From a virus (Duplodnaviria > Caudoviricetes): DNA of 55,892 nt. A program made the translations under genes and the position numbers. Below, piece after piece: positions 18,974 to 29,395 of this stretch (the first letter of the stretch is position 1; each line of letters starts with the position of its first letter). The DNA is taken from IMG/VR virus record IMGVR_UViG_3300033513_000008, positions 1-55,892 of that record; one strand, written 5' to 3'. The notes below the pieces were generated by a model. That model was not told the origin of the DNA. It worked only from the letters and a program-made list of their open reading frames with translations, and ran no database searches.

Positions 18974-21900
18974 TGGCCTCCGAACTCGAACTTAAGTCCA
19001 GCATCGACAGCTTCATCCAGCGAGAGCAGGCCTATAAGGAATCGGTGCTGCGCAACAACTTCTCCAACGTCGCCAGCACCGCACCCGAACAGTTCGCCAA
19101 GGATATAGCGCTGTCGAAGGCGACGATGATCCCGATTCAAGCCCTGCACTCCGATCCTGAAGAGGCGGCGCGGCATAGGGCCTTGGTGGGTACGGACTTC
19201 ACCGGGCTTGTGACTGATGCCCCGAAGACGGCGGACTTCCTGCTGAACCCGGTGAATGCCGGGATCGCTCGCAATGACGTGGGCAATCTCTCTTCGATGG
19301 AGAAGGGAATCACTTCCCTTGAGAAGAACGATTCCATCGTCGGCGACCTGATGACTGCACTGCACATAGGTACGACAGTGGATATTCCGCAGACCGTCTT
19401 GGGCCTTGCCACGGTTATCCACCAGACCATGCCGCTGACCAGAGTAGCCGAATGGGCACTTCCTCAGTTCTTTACGGACATGCGCACCAAGAGCACCCAA
19501 GCCGTGCGCGATATTCTGGAGAAGAATCGGGCCGAACTGGAAACCCAATACACCCCGGCATCGGTGGCGTCCAACAAGAAGAACTTCTTCGGGGATGAAG
19601 TCACATGGAAGAACGTCTTCGCGGAGGGCATCGGCGGGGCCATCCCCAAACTCCTTGAACTGCGCAAGGCCGGGGGTCTGTTTGGCGAGGCTTGGACGGA
19701 CCCCCGTAAGCTGGCGCTGTCCGCTACGGAATCGCTGCCCGGTACCGTCGCCACGATGGGGCCGGTGTCGTTGCTCGCAAAGAAGGCCGCGCTGACGGCT
19801 GGCTCGGCCATCTATGCCTCCGCCATACAGGGGGGCGCGTCGGAAGGCACAGCGGTGGCCCTTGCCACCAAGGGCGCAACAGTGGCGGCTGAACGTACCG
19901 CCATGATCGCGGGCGGCATAGCCGAAGGTCTTCAGGGCGCGGGGCAGCAGTACGAACAGACTCGCGGGCAGATCATGTCGATGCCGCTCGACACACTGAA
20001 GGCGTCCCCGGAGTACCAAGCCGCTTACAACGCGTTACCGCAGGACATGCCAGAAAGCGAGAAGGAATTGCGGGCACAAGCGCAGGTAGCGGACAGCGGC
20101 GCGACTGTTTCGTTCGCGGTGGCCTTCGCCTTCGATTCTGTTTTTGGCGCCTTGGGGGACCGGTACCTTGGTACCGCTGTGGCGGGCGGCAAGGGTGGGC
20201 GGCTGCGGTCTGTTGGCCGTGGCATCTCACAGGAGGCCCCGACCGAATTCGTCCAAAGTGGCGGCGAACAGTTCGGTACTAACTTGGGCGTTCAGCAGTA
20301 TGCGGACCCCAACCAGCCCCTGACACAGAACGTGGGCGAACAGGCCACGCTGGGCGGGTTGTCCGGGGGGCTGATGGGCGCCGCAATGGGCGGCGCTTTC
20401 TATCGCCGCGTGCAGACCAACGCAGGGAAGACGCTTGCCGAAACCGCGCAGGCGCAGAACAATGCCAACACAATGTCATCGCTGTTCAGTACCGCAGCCG
20501 AGAGTCTGAAGCACGCGCCCGAGACGCTGAAGGAATTCTTCCAGTCCGTCGCTCCAGACCAGACCGTGACCATCGACCCGACGATCCTGAAGACGACGCT
20601 GGAAAGTGCAGGGCTGGATGTCAAGGACGTGCTGCCCTCTGCGGCGGCGCAATATGAGCGCGGCCCGATGCCCGGTGTCGGCATTGAACTGCCGGTGGGT
20701 GAGCTTTTACAGGGTTTGAGTGGTACCGGCGTAGAACAGACTATCGTGGATAATCTGCGCGTCACGCCGGATTCCCCGACGCTGGCTGAGACGAAGGCGG
20801 CAGGCGACAAGGCGAACGCCTACTTCCAAGAGGAAGCCGGTCGCGTGCTGGAAGAACAGGCGAAGAACGAACAGTTCCAAGCCGAGACGAAGCAAGTCCA
20901 GCAATTTATCTCCGACCAACTTGACCAACTCAACGGCCGTTTCGGGCCGCAGGTAAAGAACAGTTATTCGAAACTCATCAGTGATTTCTTCGCGGTGACT
21001 TCCAACAGGCTGGGCATCACTCCGCTGCAAATGATGAACGGTTGGCAAGACGCCACGGGGCAGCAACACCGAGGCTACAAGCTGAATGTGCTTGGCCCAC
21101 AGGGGGCGCCGCTGAACAAGGCCAACATCCTGTACTACCGCCAACTCGCCAACAAGGTGCTTGGCATCGAGCACGGCTCGACGGATGCCGGCACGGTCAT
21201 CCACGAGCACACGACTGCCGCACTGGCGAACGAACTGGCGAAGGCGCTCGGCGTCCCGGCGCAGAACCGGGTGGAGATCGCGCTGGCCGCGCTGGTGCAT
21301 GACATCGGTAAGGGCACGCTTCCCGAAGGTTTGCTGACTGCTGATCGGGCGCTGACGCCCGAGGAACGCACGCAGATGCAGACCCACCCCGAGGCCGGCG
21401 CATCGGCGCTGCTGCAAGCGGGGGTACCGCAGAAGATCGCGGAGATTGTGCGCGACCACCACCGAGAGGTCGGCGGTGGGTATCCCACGACGAGCGACTA
21501 TCTCAGCTTCAGTGCGCAAGTCCTGCACGTTGCCGACGTGGCTACCTCGGTCGGATCGCAGGATGCCGGCCACCAGTATATTCACGACGCCAGCTTGGAG
21601 AAGGCACGCGCCGTTCTCTCAGCGGAGGGGTACAACAAGGAAGTTGTCGCCGCGTTCAACAAGCTCGCGGACGAGCACCGCCTGCCCGCAGCTTTCTATC
21701 AGAAGGGCGGCACACTGCACCAAGGCATGCCGGTAGCGACCGAGGCAACCTTCACGCGTGACGGAATTCGGGACGTGCTGGGCTCGTCTCAATGGGCCAT
21801 CATGACGGCGGAAAACCCGATGGGCTTGCGCGCGTCGGAGGAAGCGAATGCCAAGGCCAACGCGGACCTGTCGGCTCGACTCGATCAACTCGGTCTCGCA

Positions 21901-24900
21901 CACTTCCAGATCAGGGGCAAGTACGGCAACATCGGGAACCCCTACGTCATCCTCGGAGTCACACCCGAGCAATCGCTGGCGCTGGGCAAGGAATTCAACC
22001 AAGAGTCGGTCCTGACCCGGCAGGGCTTGGTCTATCAGGATGGCTCTGTGACGCCTGCAACCGGCGTGACGGTGCATGCCACCGAACCTTCGGACTTCTA
22101 CTCGACGCTGCCGGATGGATCGCACTTCACCATCAACCTCAACTTCGCTGCCCCGCGCACGAAGCTCGACATGGGGATCGATAGCAACGAACTAGGACAA
22201 TCGAATTCGCTCGTTCCTTACACTCCCACCGCAGATAAAATCGCCAGCTTCAACCCCGAGACGCTGGACATGCGCCTGTTGGCGAACGCGAACCTGTCCT
22301 CGTTCCTTCACGAAACGGGCCACTTTTTCCTGACGGTGTATAGCGATCTTGCCGCCAGCGGGACCGCTCCGCAGGCTATCGTGGATGACATGAACACGCT
22401 GCTGAAGTGGTTCGGGATTCCCGATGCGGCAACGTGGAACGCCATGCCATTCGACCAGAAGAAGCCGCACCATGAGAAGTTTGCCGAGAGCTTCGAGCAA
22501 TACCTGTTCAGCAACAAGGCACCGAGTCTCGAACTCGAATCGATGTTCAAGCGGTTCGCGTCGTTCCTTCGTCGCGTGTATGGTTCCGTCAAGGATTTCG
22601 TGGCGACGCATACCGGCGCTACGCTGACCCCTGACGTGTCGGCCGTCATGGACCGCATGCTCGCCACCGACGAAGCGATACAGGTGGCGAACGAGACGCG
22701 CAACTACTCAGCGCTGTTCCAGAACGCCGTTGAAGCCGGCATGGACGAGCAACACTTCGCGGAATACACCGCGCTCACGCGCGAGCAACAGGATGATGCC
22801 GAAGCCATGCTGCGGACCCGCAGCCTGCGGGACATGAAATGGATGCGCAACTCCTACGACCGGACGATCAAGGAACTGCAAGCGGACGCCCGCAGCAAGC
22901 GTGGTGAGGTCAGAGCCGAAGTCGCCAAGGAAGTCGCGGCATCGCCGGTCTATAGGGCGATGCGCTTCCTGCGTTCCGGCGAGATCATCGACGCAGAAGG
23001 CAACGTGGTGCAGCAGGAAATCCACAAGCTGCAAATCTCCGACGTGCAGGCGATGTACCCGAAGGAAGCCGCGCCTGTCTGGCAAACACTTGGCTACGGC
23101 AACACCGGCATGCTGGCTACGGAGGGGCTGAGCCCCGACACGGTGGCGTCGATGCTGGGCTTCCGTTCCGGCGAAGACATGATCGCGCAACTCGTCTCCG
23201 CGCCGAAGATGAACGAAGAGATCGAGACGCAAACCGATCTGCGCATGCTCGACCAGTACGGCGATCTGAATTCGCCCGAAGCGCTTGCCAAGGCGGCGGA
23301 TGAAGCGATCCACAACGACGCGCACTCGCGCCTGCTGGCGACGGAACTCGCTGCGCTCAACAACAAGATCGGGGCGCCGAGGGTGCTGCTGAAGGCGGCG
23401 AAGGAATTTGCACGCCAGCGCATTGCGACCAAGACGATGAAGACGCTGAAGCCGATGCAGTACGCGGCGGCGGAAGTGCGCGCGAACAAGGCGGCGCAGG
23501 AAGCTCTGCGCAAGGGCCAACGGGATGAAGCCGCTGCGTACAAGCGGACGGCACTCATCAACCAAGTGTCAGCCAAGGAAGCCTATAAGACCGAGAAGGA
23601 ACTGCGCGGCATATTCAACCGCCTGCATGCCATCGCGTCGTACAAGGAAGATTCGGCTGCGGTCAAGAGCCGTGATGCCGAGTTGGTGGCGACTACTCGC
23701 GCGATTCTGTCCGAGTTCGACATCGGCTCGAAGGGTAAGCGCGCGCAGGAATATCTGGAAGTCGTCAAGCGTCTCGACCCTGAGTTGGCCGCATCGCTGA
23801 CCGACGTAATCATTGGTCTGTCCAATACCGCAAAGAACTGGCAGAAACTCTCTGTCGCTGATGCTCGTGAGCTTGCGGGGGAAATCGAAGGCTTGTGGTT
23901 CCTCGCCAAGCGCGCTCATCAGATCGAGATTGACGGTAAGCTGATGTCTTTGCAGGATGCGCAGAACGAACTCTATGCCCGCATCGACCAGCTTGGCATC
24001 CCGACCGTCATACCCGGCGAGAACAGCGCCGTGACGGAATCGGAGAAGCGACACATGAAGTTCGACCGATTCATCGGTACGCTCACGCGCGTGGAGAATT
24101 GGGTCGATGCGAAGGACGGCGGCAACACCGGCCCGTTCCGCAAGTTCATGTGGTCCCCCATCAGCGAGGCCGCGACGAAGTATCGCGCCGACAAGGCGCG
24201 TTACCTTCGCGCATACAAGGAACTGCTGCGGACGATTGAACCCACACTGACGCGCCAGTTGATCGAAGCCCCGGAACTTGGCTACACATTCGGTGCCGGC
24301 GAGGGCGGCATGGGCAAGGCCGAACTCCTGCACGCGCTGCTGCACACCGGCAATGAGAGCAACCTACGCAAGCTGCTGCTGGGTCGGCATTGGGCCACTG
24401 AGAACGAAGACGGTTCGCTCAATACGACGAAGTGGGACACCTTCATCGCGCGCATGCAGGATCGCGGGACACTGACGAAGACCGACTACGACTTCGCGCA
24501 GGGCGTGTGGAATCTCATGGAGTCCATGAAACCCGCAGCGCAGAAGGCCCACCACGAAGTCTTCGGCAAGTATTTTGCAGAGGTCACAGCCAAGGAGTTC
24601 AATACCCCCTTCGGCATGTATGCCGGGGGTTATGTTCCGGCGATAACGGACCCGTTGGTCGTCCGCGATGCCGATCTGCGAGCGCTGGCGGAAGCCGAAC
24701 AGAACAATATGTCGTATGCCTTTCCCGCCCCCGCGCGAGGCTTCACGAAGTCCCGTGTGGAATCCTACACGCGCCCGCTTAAGCTTGACTTGCGCTCACT
24801 GTCTCAACACATCGACAAGGCTCTGCTGTTCTCGCATCTGGCCCAGCCGGTCAATGACGTGCGCCGCTTGATGCGCGGAAAGACGGTATCGCAAGCGCTG

Positions 24901-26121
24901 CATCGCCAAGACCCACAGGCGTTCAACACGATGATCGTGCCGTGGCTCAACCGTGCCGCGCATCAGATCGTGGAGACACAGACACCGGGTAAGGAAGGTC
25001 TTGGCCGCTTCTGGACAACGGTGCGCAAGAACGCCGGCATGTCCGCGATGTTCGGCAACGTAGCGAACGCATTGCAACAGGTCATGACCTCGCCCTTTAC
25101 CGCGATGGTGAAGGTGCGGCCCACCATGCTGGTCGATGCCTTCGCCAAGTACGCAATGTCTCCGCGCGAATTCACGGCGTATGTCACCGGCAAGTCTCAG
25201 TACATGGGCACGCGGATGGAGAATGAAGCGATGTCGATGACCGAAGACATCAACGACATCCTACTGAATCCCTCCACCTACCAGAATACGAAGAACTGGC
25301 TGGTGAAGCACAGCTACTTCCTTCAGACCGCTGCCGACAACATCATGAGTGGCCCGGTGTGGTTGGCCGCGTACAACCAGTCCATCGAAGGCAAGATGAG
25401 CGAGACGGAAGCGGTTCGCTTCGCTGACTCTGTTGTACGCGAAACTCAGGGATCATGGGCGCCGGAAGACATCGCCTCGTTTGAGTCGGGCACGCCGTTC
25501 TATCGCATGTTCGTGCAGTTCGCCGGCTACTTCAACATGATCGCCAACTTGCTGGGCAATGAATACGTCCAGATCACGCGCGACATGGGGCTGCGCAAGG
25601 GCATGGGCCGGGGCCTGTACGTGTTCATGGTGGGGTACTTCTTGCCGGCCGTGTTCGGGGAACTGGCAATCCAACTCATGCACGGTGGCCCCCCGGATGA
25701 CGACGGGGACGGCGAGTATTTGGACGACTGGCTCATGGACTTGTTCGTGTTGGCGCCAGCCCGCTACGGCACTGCGATGATCCCCGGCTTCGGCCCGGTG
25801 GCGAACGCGGGGTTGAACATGCTGAACAACCAGCCTTACGACGACCGCATTTCGACCTCGCCTGCGATCAGCATGGTTGAAAGTTCGCTGCGGGCACCGC
25901 AGTCGGTGTATCGCGCTGTGATGGGCGAGAGTAAGCCAAGCCGCGCCGTCAAGGATGTAGCGACTCTCATAAGCATGACGACAGGCGTACCTGCCAGTGC
26001 TTTGGCCCGCCCCTTCAGCTATGGCGCCGATGTAGCCGCAGGTCGGGTAGAACCCACCGGGCCGGTGGATGTGACGCGCGGAATAGCGACAGGGTTTGCA
26101 AGCCCCGAGTCGAAGCACTGA
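18973..26121 (+). CDS. giant internal virion (ejection/polyvalent) protein, 2382 aa, with HD-GYP-like, SAM-lyase/DUF3293-like and zincin-like domains
   Basis: Third ejection-gene position; LVHDIGK...HPEAG...HHREVGGGYP; WAIMTAENP...FNQESVL; FLHETGHFFL...HEKFAESFEQY. Confidence 0.85.
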   Translation: MASELELKSSIDSFIQREQAYKESVLRNNFSNVASTAPEQFAKDIALSKATMIPIQALHSDPEEAARHRALVGTDFTGLVTDAPKTADFLLNPVNAGIARNDVGNLSSMEKGITSLEKNDSIVGDLMTALHIGTTVDIPQTVLGLATVIHQTMPLTRVAEWALPQFFTDMRTKSTQAVRDILEKNRAELETQYTPASVASNKKNFFGDEVTWKNVFAEGIGGAIPKLLELRKAGGLFGEAWTDPRKLALSATESLPGTVATMGPVSLLAKKAALTAGSAIYASAIQGGASEGTAVALATKGATVAAERTAMIAGGIAEGLQGAGQQYEQTRGQIMSMPLDTLKASPEYQAAYNALPQDMPESEKELRAQAQVADSGATVSFAVAFAFDSVFGALGDRYLGTAVAGGKGGRLRSVGRGISQEAPTEFVQSGGEQFGTNLGVQQYADPNQPLTQNVGEQATLGGLSGGLMGAAMGGAFYRRVQTNAGKTLAETAQAQNNANTMSSLFSTAAESLKHAPETLKEFFQSVAPDQTVTIDPTILKTTLESAGLDVKDVLPSAAAQYERGPMPGVGIELPVGELLQGLSGTGVEQTIVDNLRVTPDSPTLAETKAAGDKANAYFQEEAGRVLEEQAKNEQFQAETKQVQQFISDQLDQLNGRFGPQVKNSYSKLISDFFAVTSNRLGITPLQMMNGWQDATGQQHRGYKLNVLGPQGAPLNKANILYYRQLANKVLGIEHGSTDAGTVIHEHTTAALANELAKALGVPAQNRVEIALAALVHDIGKGTLPEGLLTADRALTPEERTQMQTHPEAGASALLQAGVPQKIAEIVRDHHREVGGGYPTTSDYLSFSAQVLHVADVATSVGSQDAGHQYIHDASLEKARAVLSAEGYNKEVVAAFNKLADEHRLPAAFYQKGGTLHQGMPVATEATFTRDGIRDVLGSSQWAIMTAENPMGLRASEEANAKANADLSARLDQLGLAHFQIRGKYGNIGNPYVILGVTPEQSLALGKEFNQESVLTRQGLVYQDGSVTPATGVTVHATEPSDFYSTLPDGSHFTINLNFAAPRTKLDMGIDSNELGQSNSLVPYTPTADKIASFNPETLDMRLLANANLSSFLHETGHFFLTVYSDLAASGTAPQAIVDDMNTLLKWFGIPDAATWNAMPFDQKKPHHEKFAESFEQYLFSNKAPSLELESMFKRFASFLRRVYGSVKDFVATHTGATLTPDVSAVMDRMLATDEAIQVANETRNYSALFQNAVEAGMDEQHFAEYTALTREQQDDAEAMLRTRSLRDMKWMRNSYDRTIKELQADARSKRGEVRAEVAKEVAASPVYRAMRFLRSGEIIDAEGNVVQQEIHKLQISDVQAMYPKEAAPVWQTLGYGNTGMLATEGLSPDTVASMLGFRSGEDMIAQLVSAPKMNEEIETQTDLRMLDQYGDLNSPEALAKAADEAIHNDAHSRLLATELAALNNKIGAPRVLLKAAKEFARQRIATKTMKTLKPMQYAAAEVRANKAAQEALRKGQRDEAAAYKRTALINQVSAKEAYKTEKELRGIFNRLHAIASYKEDSAAVKSRDAELVATTRAILSEFDIGSKGKRAQEYLEVVKRLDPELAASLTDVIIGLSNTAKNWQKLSVADARELAGEIEGLWFLAKRAHQIEIDGKLMSLQDAQNELYARIDQLGIPTVIPGENSAVTESEKRHMKFDRFIGTLTRVENWVDAKDGGNTGPFRKFMWSPISEAATKYRADKARYLRAYKELLRTIEPTLTRQLIEAPELGYTFGAGEGGMGKAELLHALLHTGNESNLRKLLLGRHWATENEDGSLNTTKWDTFIARMQDRGTLTKTDYDFAQGVWNLMESMKPAAQKAHHEVFGKYFAEVTAKEFNTPFGMYAGGYVPAITDPLVVRDADLRALAEAEQNNMSYAFPAPARGFTKSRVESYTRPLKLDLRSLSQHIDKALLFSHLAQPVNDVRRLMRGKTVSQALHRQDPQAFNTMIVPWLNRAAHQIVETQTPGKEGLGRFWTTVRKNAGMSAMFGNVANALQQVMTSPFTAMVKVRPTMLVDAFAKYAMSPREFTAYVTGKSQYMGTRMENEAMSMTEDINDILLNPSTYQNTKNWLVKHSYFLQTAADNIMSGPVWLAAYNQSIEGKMSETEAVRFADSVVRETQGSWAPEDIASFESGTPFYRMFVQFAGYFNMIANLLGNEYVQITRDMGLRKGMGRGLYVFMVGYFLPAVFGELAIQLMHGGPPDDDGDGEYLDDWLMDLFVLAPARYGTAMIPGFGPVANAGLNMLNNQPYDDRISTSPAISMVESSLRAPQSVYRAVMGESKPSRAVKDVATLISMTTGVPASALARPFSYGADVAAGRVEPTGPVDVTRGIATGFASPESKH

Positions 26122-26122
26122 A

Positions 26123-26151
26123 TGGCAAACTAAATTCGATAATGCTACATT
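26123..26151 (+). promoter_or_regulatory. candidate promoter for tail fibre and lysis genes
   Basis: TGGCAA-17 nt-TACATT followed by a GCGGGGG/CCCCCGC hairpin. Confidence 0.4.
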
Positions 26152-26193
26152 TGCGGGGGCTTAAACCCCCGCGTCCCACCGGGAGAAGAGAAC

Positions 26194-28353
26194 ATGGCTG
26201 GCGTCAGCGTAGATAGAATCCGAGGGCTAACAGGCGGGCTTCCGCTGAAGGCGCCGTGCAGGGCGGCAACGACCGGGAACATCACTCTTTCCGGGGAACA
26301 GACGGTCGATGGAATCGCCCTCGTTGAGAACGACCGCTGCTTCGTTCGGGCGCAGACCGACAACAAAACCAACGGCATCTATGACGTTCAAGAAGGGACG
26401 TGGAAGCGCAGCCCCGATTTCAACAACGGGTACGAAGTCACCTACGGCACGGAGATTTTCGTGCAGTATGGCACAACCCTCCATGACAAGTTCTACATCA
26501 TAACCTGCACCGACGATCCCGTTGTCTTCGGCACGTCGGCCATCACTTCCACTGTCGCCCCATCCGTCGAAGAGGCGGTGGCCGCGTCCAACCAAGCAAC
26601 CATCGACGCCGCCGCTGCTGCTGCATCCGCACTCGCCGCAGGCGTCAGCGAAACCAGCGCGGGCTTGTCCGCGTCCAACGCGAGCGATTCCGCTATTGCC
26701 GCAGCCGCCAGTGCAGTCGGGGTCAGTGACTACGCCGACGCTGCCAGCGCCTCAGCTATAGCGGCGGCTGCGAGCGAGAGTGCGGCGGGGGGCAGCGCAA
26801 CCGCAGCCGGTACCAGCGAAACGAATGCCGGTCTGTCCGCTGCTGCTGCTGCGATCAGCGAGACGAACGCAGGCACCAGCGAAACGAATGCGGGCACCAG
26901 CGAAACGAATGCCAACAACTCGGCCATCGCCGCCGCTGCGAGCGAGAGTGCAGCCGCAGGCAGTGAAACCAATGCCGGCACGTCCGCCAGTGAAGCCGCC
27001 GACTATGCGGCCTCAGCGCTCGCGTGCGCGGTATGGCGAACGGTCTATGGCCTGACGAGTGCCGACAGCCCCTACGCCCCGGCTGCGACCGAAGCCAGCG
27101 CCCTGTACGCGGGCGAGACGGATGCCGGCAACGTCGTCGTCAATCTTCCCGAGATTTCCGGTCTTGCGCTTCCCTACACGCTGGGCTTCAAGCTCAAGTC
27201 GGGCACCAACGATTACACCATCAACTGTACGGGCACCGACACGTTCGACAACGGCACCACGACCTACACCTTCGAGGCCGTCGGGGACAGCATTCACCTA
27301 GTCGCGGACGATGCGACGACCCCAATGGTCTGGTACATGATCGTGTTCGGATCAACCACACCTACCGGCGCCACTGCGACCGCAATGACGGTAGCAAATG
27401 AGGCTACGGATACGACTTGCTTCCCCGTGTTCGTGACGGCGGCAACGGGCGACCTCGGGCCGAAGTCGAATGCTGGTTTGGCCTTCAACTCGAACACCGG
27501 CATCCTCTCGGCAACCGGCTTTGCCGGTCCTCTCACCGGCAACGTGACGGGTAACGTCAGCGGCTCGGCGGGGTCTTGCACGGGCAACGCTGATTCCGCC
27601 GATGTTGCCGCCGCCGCCACAACCGTTATAACCGAAAACGAGGCAACAGACACAACTTGCTTTCCTTTATTCGCCTTAGGCCAAACGGGTAATTACGGGC
27701 CGAAGACGAATGCTAGCTTCACGTTCGATTCGGGTACCTGCACACTCGCCGCCACGACCTTCTCTGGCGCGTTCTCCGGCAACGCCACCACGGCCTCGGG
27801 TCTGAGCGCCACGCTCGTGCCCTCGAAGGGCGGTACCGGGGTGGCGAACAACGACGCTGCAACCATTACCCGAACCGGCGACTATGCCTTCACCCTGACA
27901 CTTGCGGGCGAAGCCGGTATCTCGCTGGCATCAGGCAAGACCCCGGTCTTCAACAACAGCATCACATTCAATGGCACCGATGCCACAACGATGTACTTCC
28001 CCCCGTTCAATGCGTCGGTGGGCTACCTTACCCTGCCCCAACAATCGGAATCAACAGCCTACACCACGGTAGCTAATGATTCCGGTAAGCACATCCTGCA
28101 CCCTACTGCGGACACTACCGCTCGAATCTACACCATTCCCAGCAATGCAAACGTGGCATACCCGGTAGGGACGGTCTTGACCTTCATCAACCAACACGAT
28201 GCCGGCACCGTCACCATCGCCATAACGACGGACACCATGTACCTCGCTGGCGCAGGTACGACAGGTAGCCGCACACTGGCCGCGAACGGCATAGCCACGG
28301 CGATCAAGGTGGCGACGACCGAGTGGCTGATCTCGGGAACGGGGCTGACTTAA
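26194..28353 (+). CDS. tail fibre protein
   Basis: N-terminal ATTGNITLSGEQTVDG...NGIY...WKR anchor; Ala/Ser-rich SETNAG repeats; duplicated NEATDTTCFP blocks; C-terminal WLISGTGLT. Confidence 0.85.
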   Translation: MAGVSVDRIRGLTGGLPLKAPCRAATTGNITLSGEQTVDGIALVENDRCFVRAQTDNKTNGIYDVQEGTWKRSPDFNNGYEVTYGTEIFVQYGTTLHDKFYIITCTDDPVVFGTSAITSTVAPSVEEAVAASNQATIDAAAAAASALAAGVSETSAGLSASNASDSAIAAAASAVGVSDYADAASASAIAAAASESAAGGSATAAGTSETNAGLSAAAAAISETNAGTSETNAGTSETNANNSAIAAAASESAAAGSETNAGTSASEAADYAASALACAVWRTVYGLTSADSPYAPAATEASALYAGETDAGNVVVNLPEISGLALPYTLGFKLKSGTNDYTINCTGTDTFDNGTTTYTFEAVGDSIHLVADDATTPMVWYMIVFGSTTPTGATATAMTVANEATDTTCFPVFVTAATGDLGPKSNAGLAFNSNTGILSATGFAGPLTGNVTGNVSGSAGSCTGNADSADVAAAATTVITENEATDTTCFPLFALGQTGNYGPKTNASFTFDSGTCTLAATTFSGAFSGNATTASGLSATLVPSKGGTGVANNDAATITRTGDYAFTLTLAGEAGISLASGKTPVFNNSITFNGTDATTMYFPPFNASVGYLTLPQQSESTAYTTVANDSGKHILHPTADTTARIYTIPSNANVAYPVGTVLTFINQHDAGTVTIAITTDTMYLAGAGTTGSRTLAANGIATAIKVATTEWLISGTGLT

Positions 28354-28354
28354 A

Positions 28355-29383
28355 ATGAGCGGCATACTTAACTTGCTTCTGGCGGGCGCGGCCTACGTGC
28401 CGCCCGTCACCTACAACGAGATTGCGGTTGGCTGCACGGGGTCAGGCGGCAACTACATCTATGTCTATCCGTGGTCGTCCGGTCCCGGCGTCAAGTACGC
28501 CAGCCCCGCGACGGCCCCTGTCGATGAAATCCACGATGTGGATTTCTCGCCAGACGGACTCGATCTCGCGGGCGCGAACGGTTATTCGTCGCCCTACATT
28601 CAGGTGTGGGCATGGACCCCCGGCACCGGCTTCGGTGCTGTTCGATCCAACCCCGGCACAGCGTCCTCAAGCGGGCAATACTGCCGCTTCTCACCCAGCG
28701 GCGGTACGATCCTACTTGGTACGGCGGCGGCGGATTACGTCGAAGCGTACCCATGGACTTCGCACGCTTTCGGGACGAAGCATTCCAGCCCCGGTACCCT
28801 GCCGACAGGCGCGGGCAAGGGGGTGGCGTGGCATTCGTCTGGCACGTATGTATTTGTCACATCCGCAGCCTCGCCCTACGTGTTGGCATACCCGTGGTCG
28901 TCCGGCTTCGGTACCAAGATTGCCGACCCCGCTTCACTCCCTCCATCAGAAGGCAACGACGCGGACTTCAGCGGCGACATCGCTGTTGGTGCGTGGGGCA
29001 ACACCGTTTGCTACCCCTTCACCACCGGTTTTGGGACCAAGCGTGCGGACCCGGCGACAAAGGCGGGCGGGGATAACAACGGCGTTGAATTCTCGGCTTC
29101 TGGTGCGTACATAGCTGCCGCGTCTTCGGCTTCCCCGTACATCAACGTGTGGCCGTACTCGAACGGGCAAGGCACCAAGCTCAGTGATCCTGCCACATTG
29201 CCCACCGGCACCGGGCGCGGTATTGGTTGGCTCAATAGCACCGATCTCGCCGTCGCGCACAGCACGTCGCCGTACTTCTCGTCGTACCCCTTCACGTCCA
29301 GTTTTGGCACGAAGTACGCCGATCCTGCGACGCTCCCCGGCAGCACGAGCTATGCCGTAACCTTCAGTTCCATTACCGTGTAA
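28355..29383 (+). CDS. distal fibre / receptor-binding protein with about 7 beta-propeller-like repeats
   Basis: About 45-aa repeats YPWSSGFGTKxADPATLPxG; follows the fibre gene. Confidence 0.7.
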   Translation: MSGILNLLLAGAAYVPPVTYNEIAVGCTGSGGNYIYVYPWSSGPGVKYASPATAPVDEIHDVDFSPDGLDLAGANGYSSPYIQVWAWTPGTGFGAVRSNPGTASSSGQYCRFSPSGGTILLGTAAADYVEAYPWTSHAFGTKHSSPGTLPTGAGKGVAWHSSGTYVFVTSAASPYVLAYPWSSGFGTKIADPASLPPSEGNDADFSGDIAVGAWGNTVCYPFTTGFGTKRADPATKAGGDNNGVEFSASGAYIAAASSASPYINVWPYSNGQGTKLSDPATLPTGTGRGIGWLNSTDLAVAHSTSPYFSSYPFTSSFGTKYADPATLPGSTSYAVTFSSITV

Positions 29384-29395
29384 GGAATCACAACC

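Noticed and set aside
2907-26118. Long antisense ORFs (for example 2907-4076, 6851-7852, 10313-11332, 18943-20019)
   Set aside because: These are typical shadows of GC3-biased genes on the opposite strand, with no motifs or RBS.
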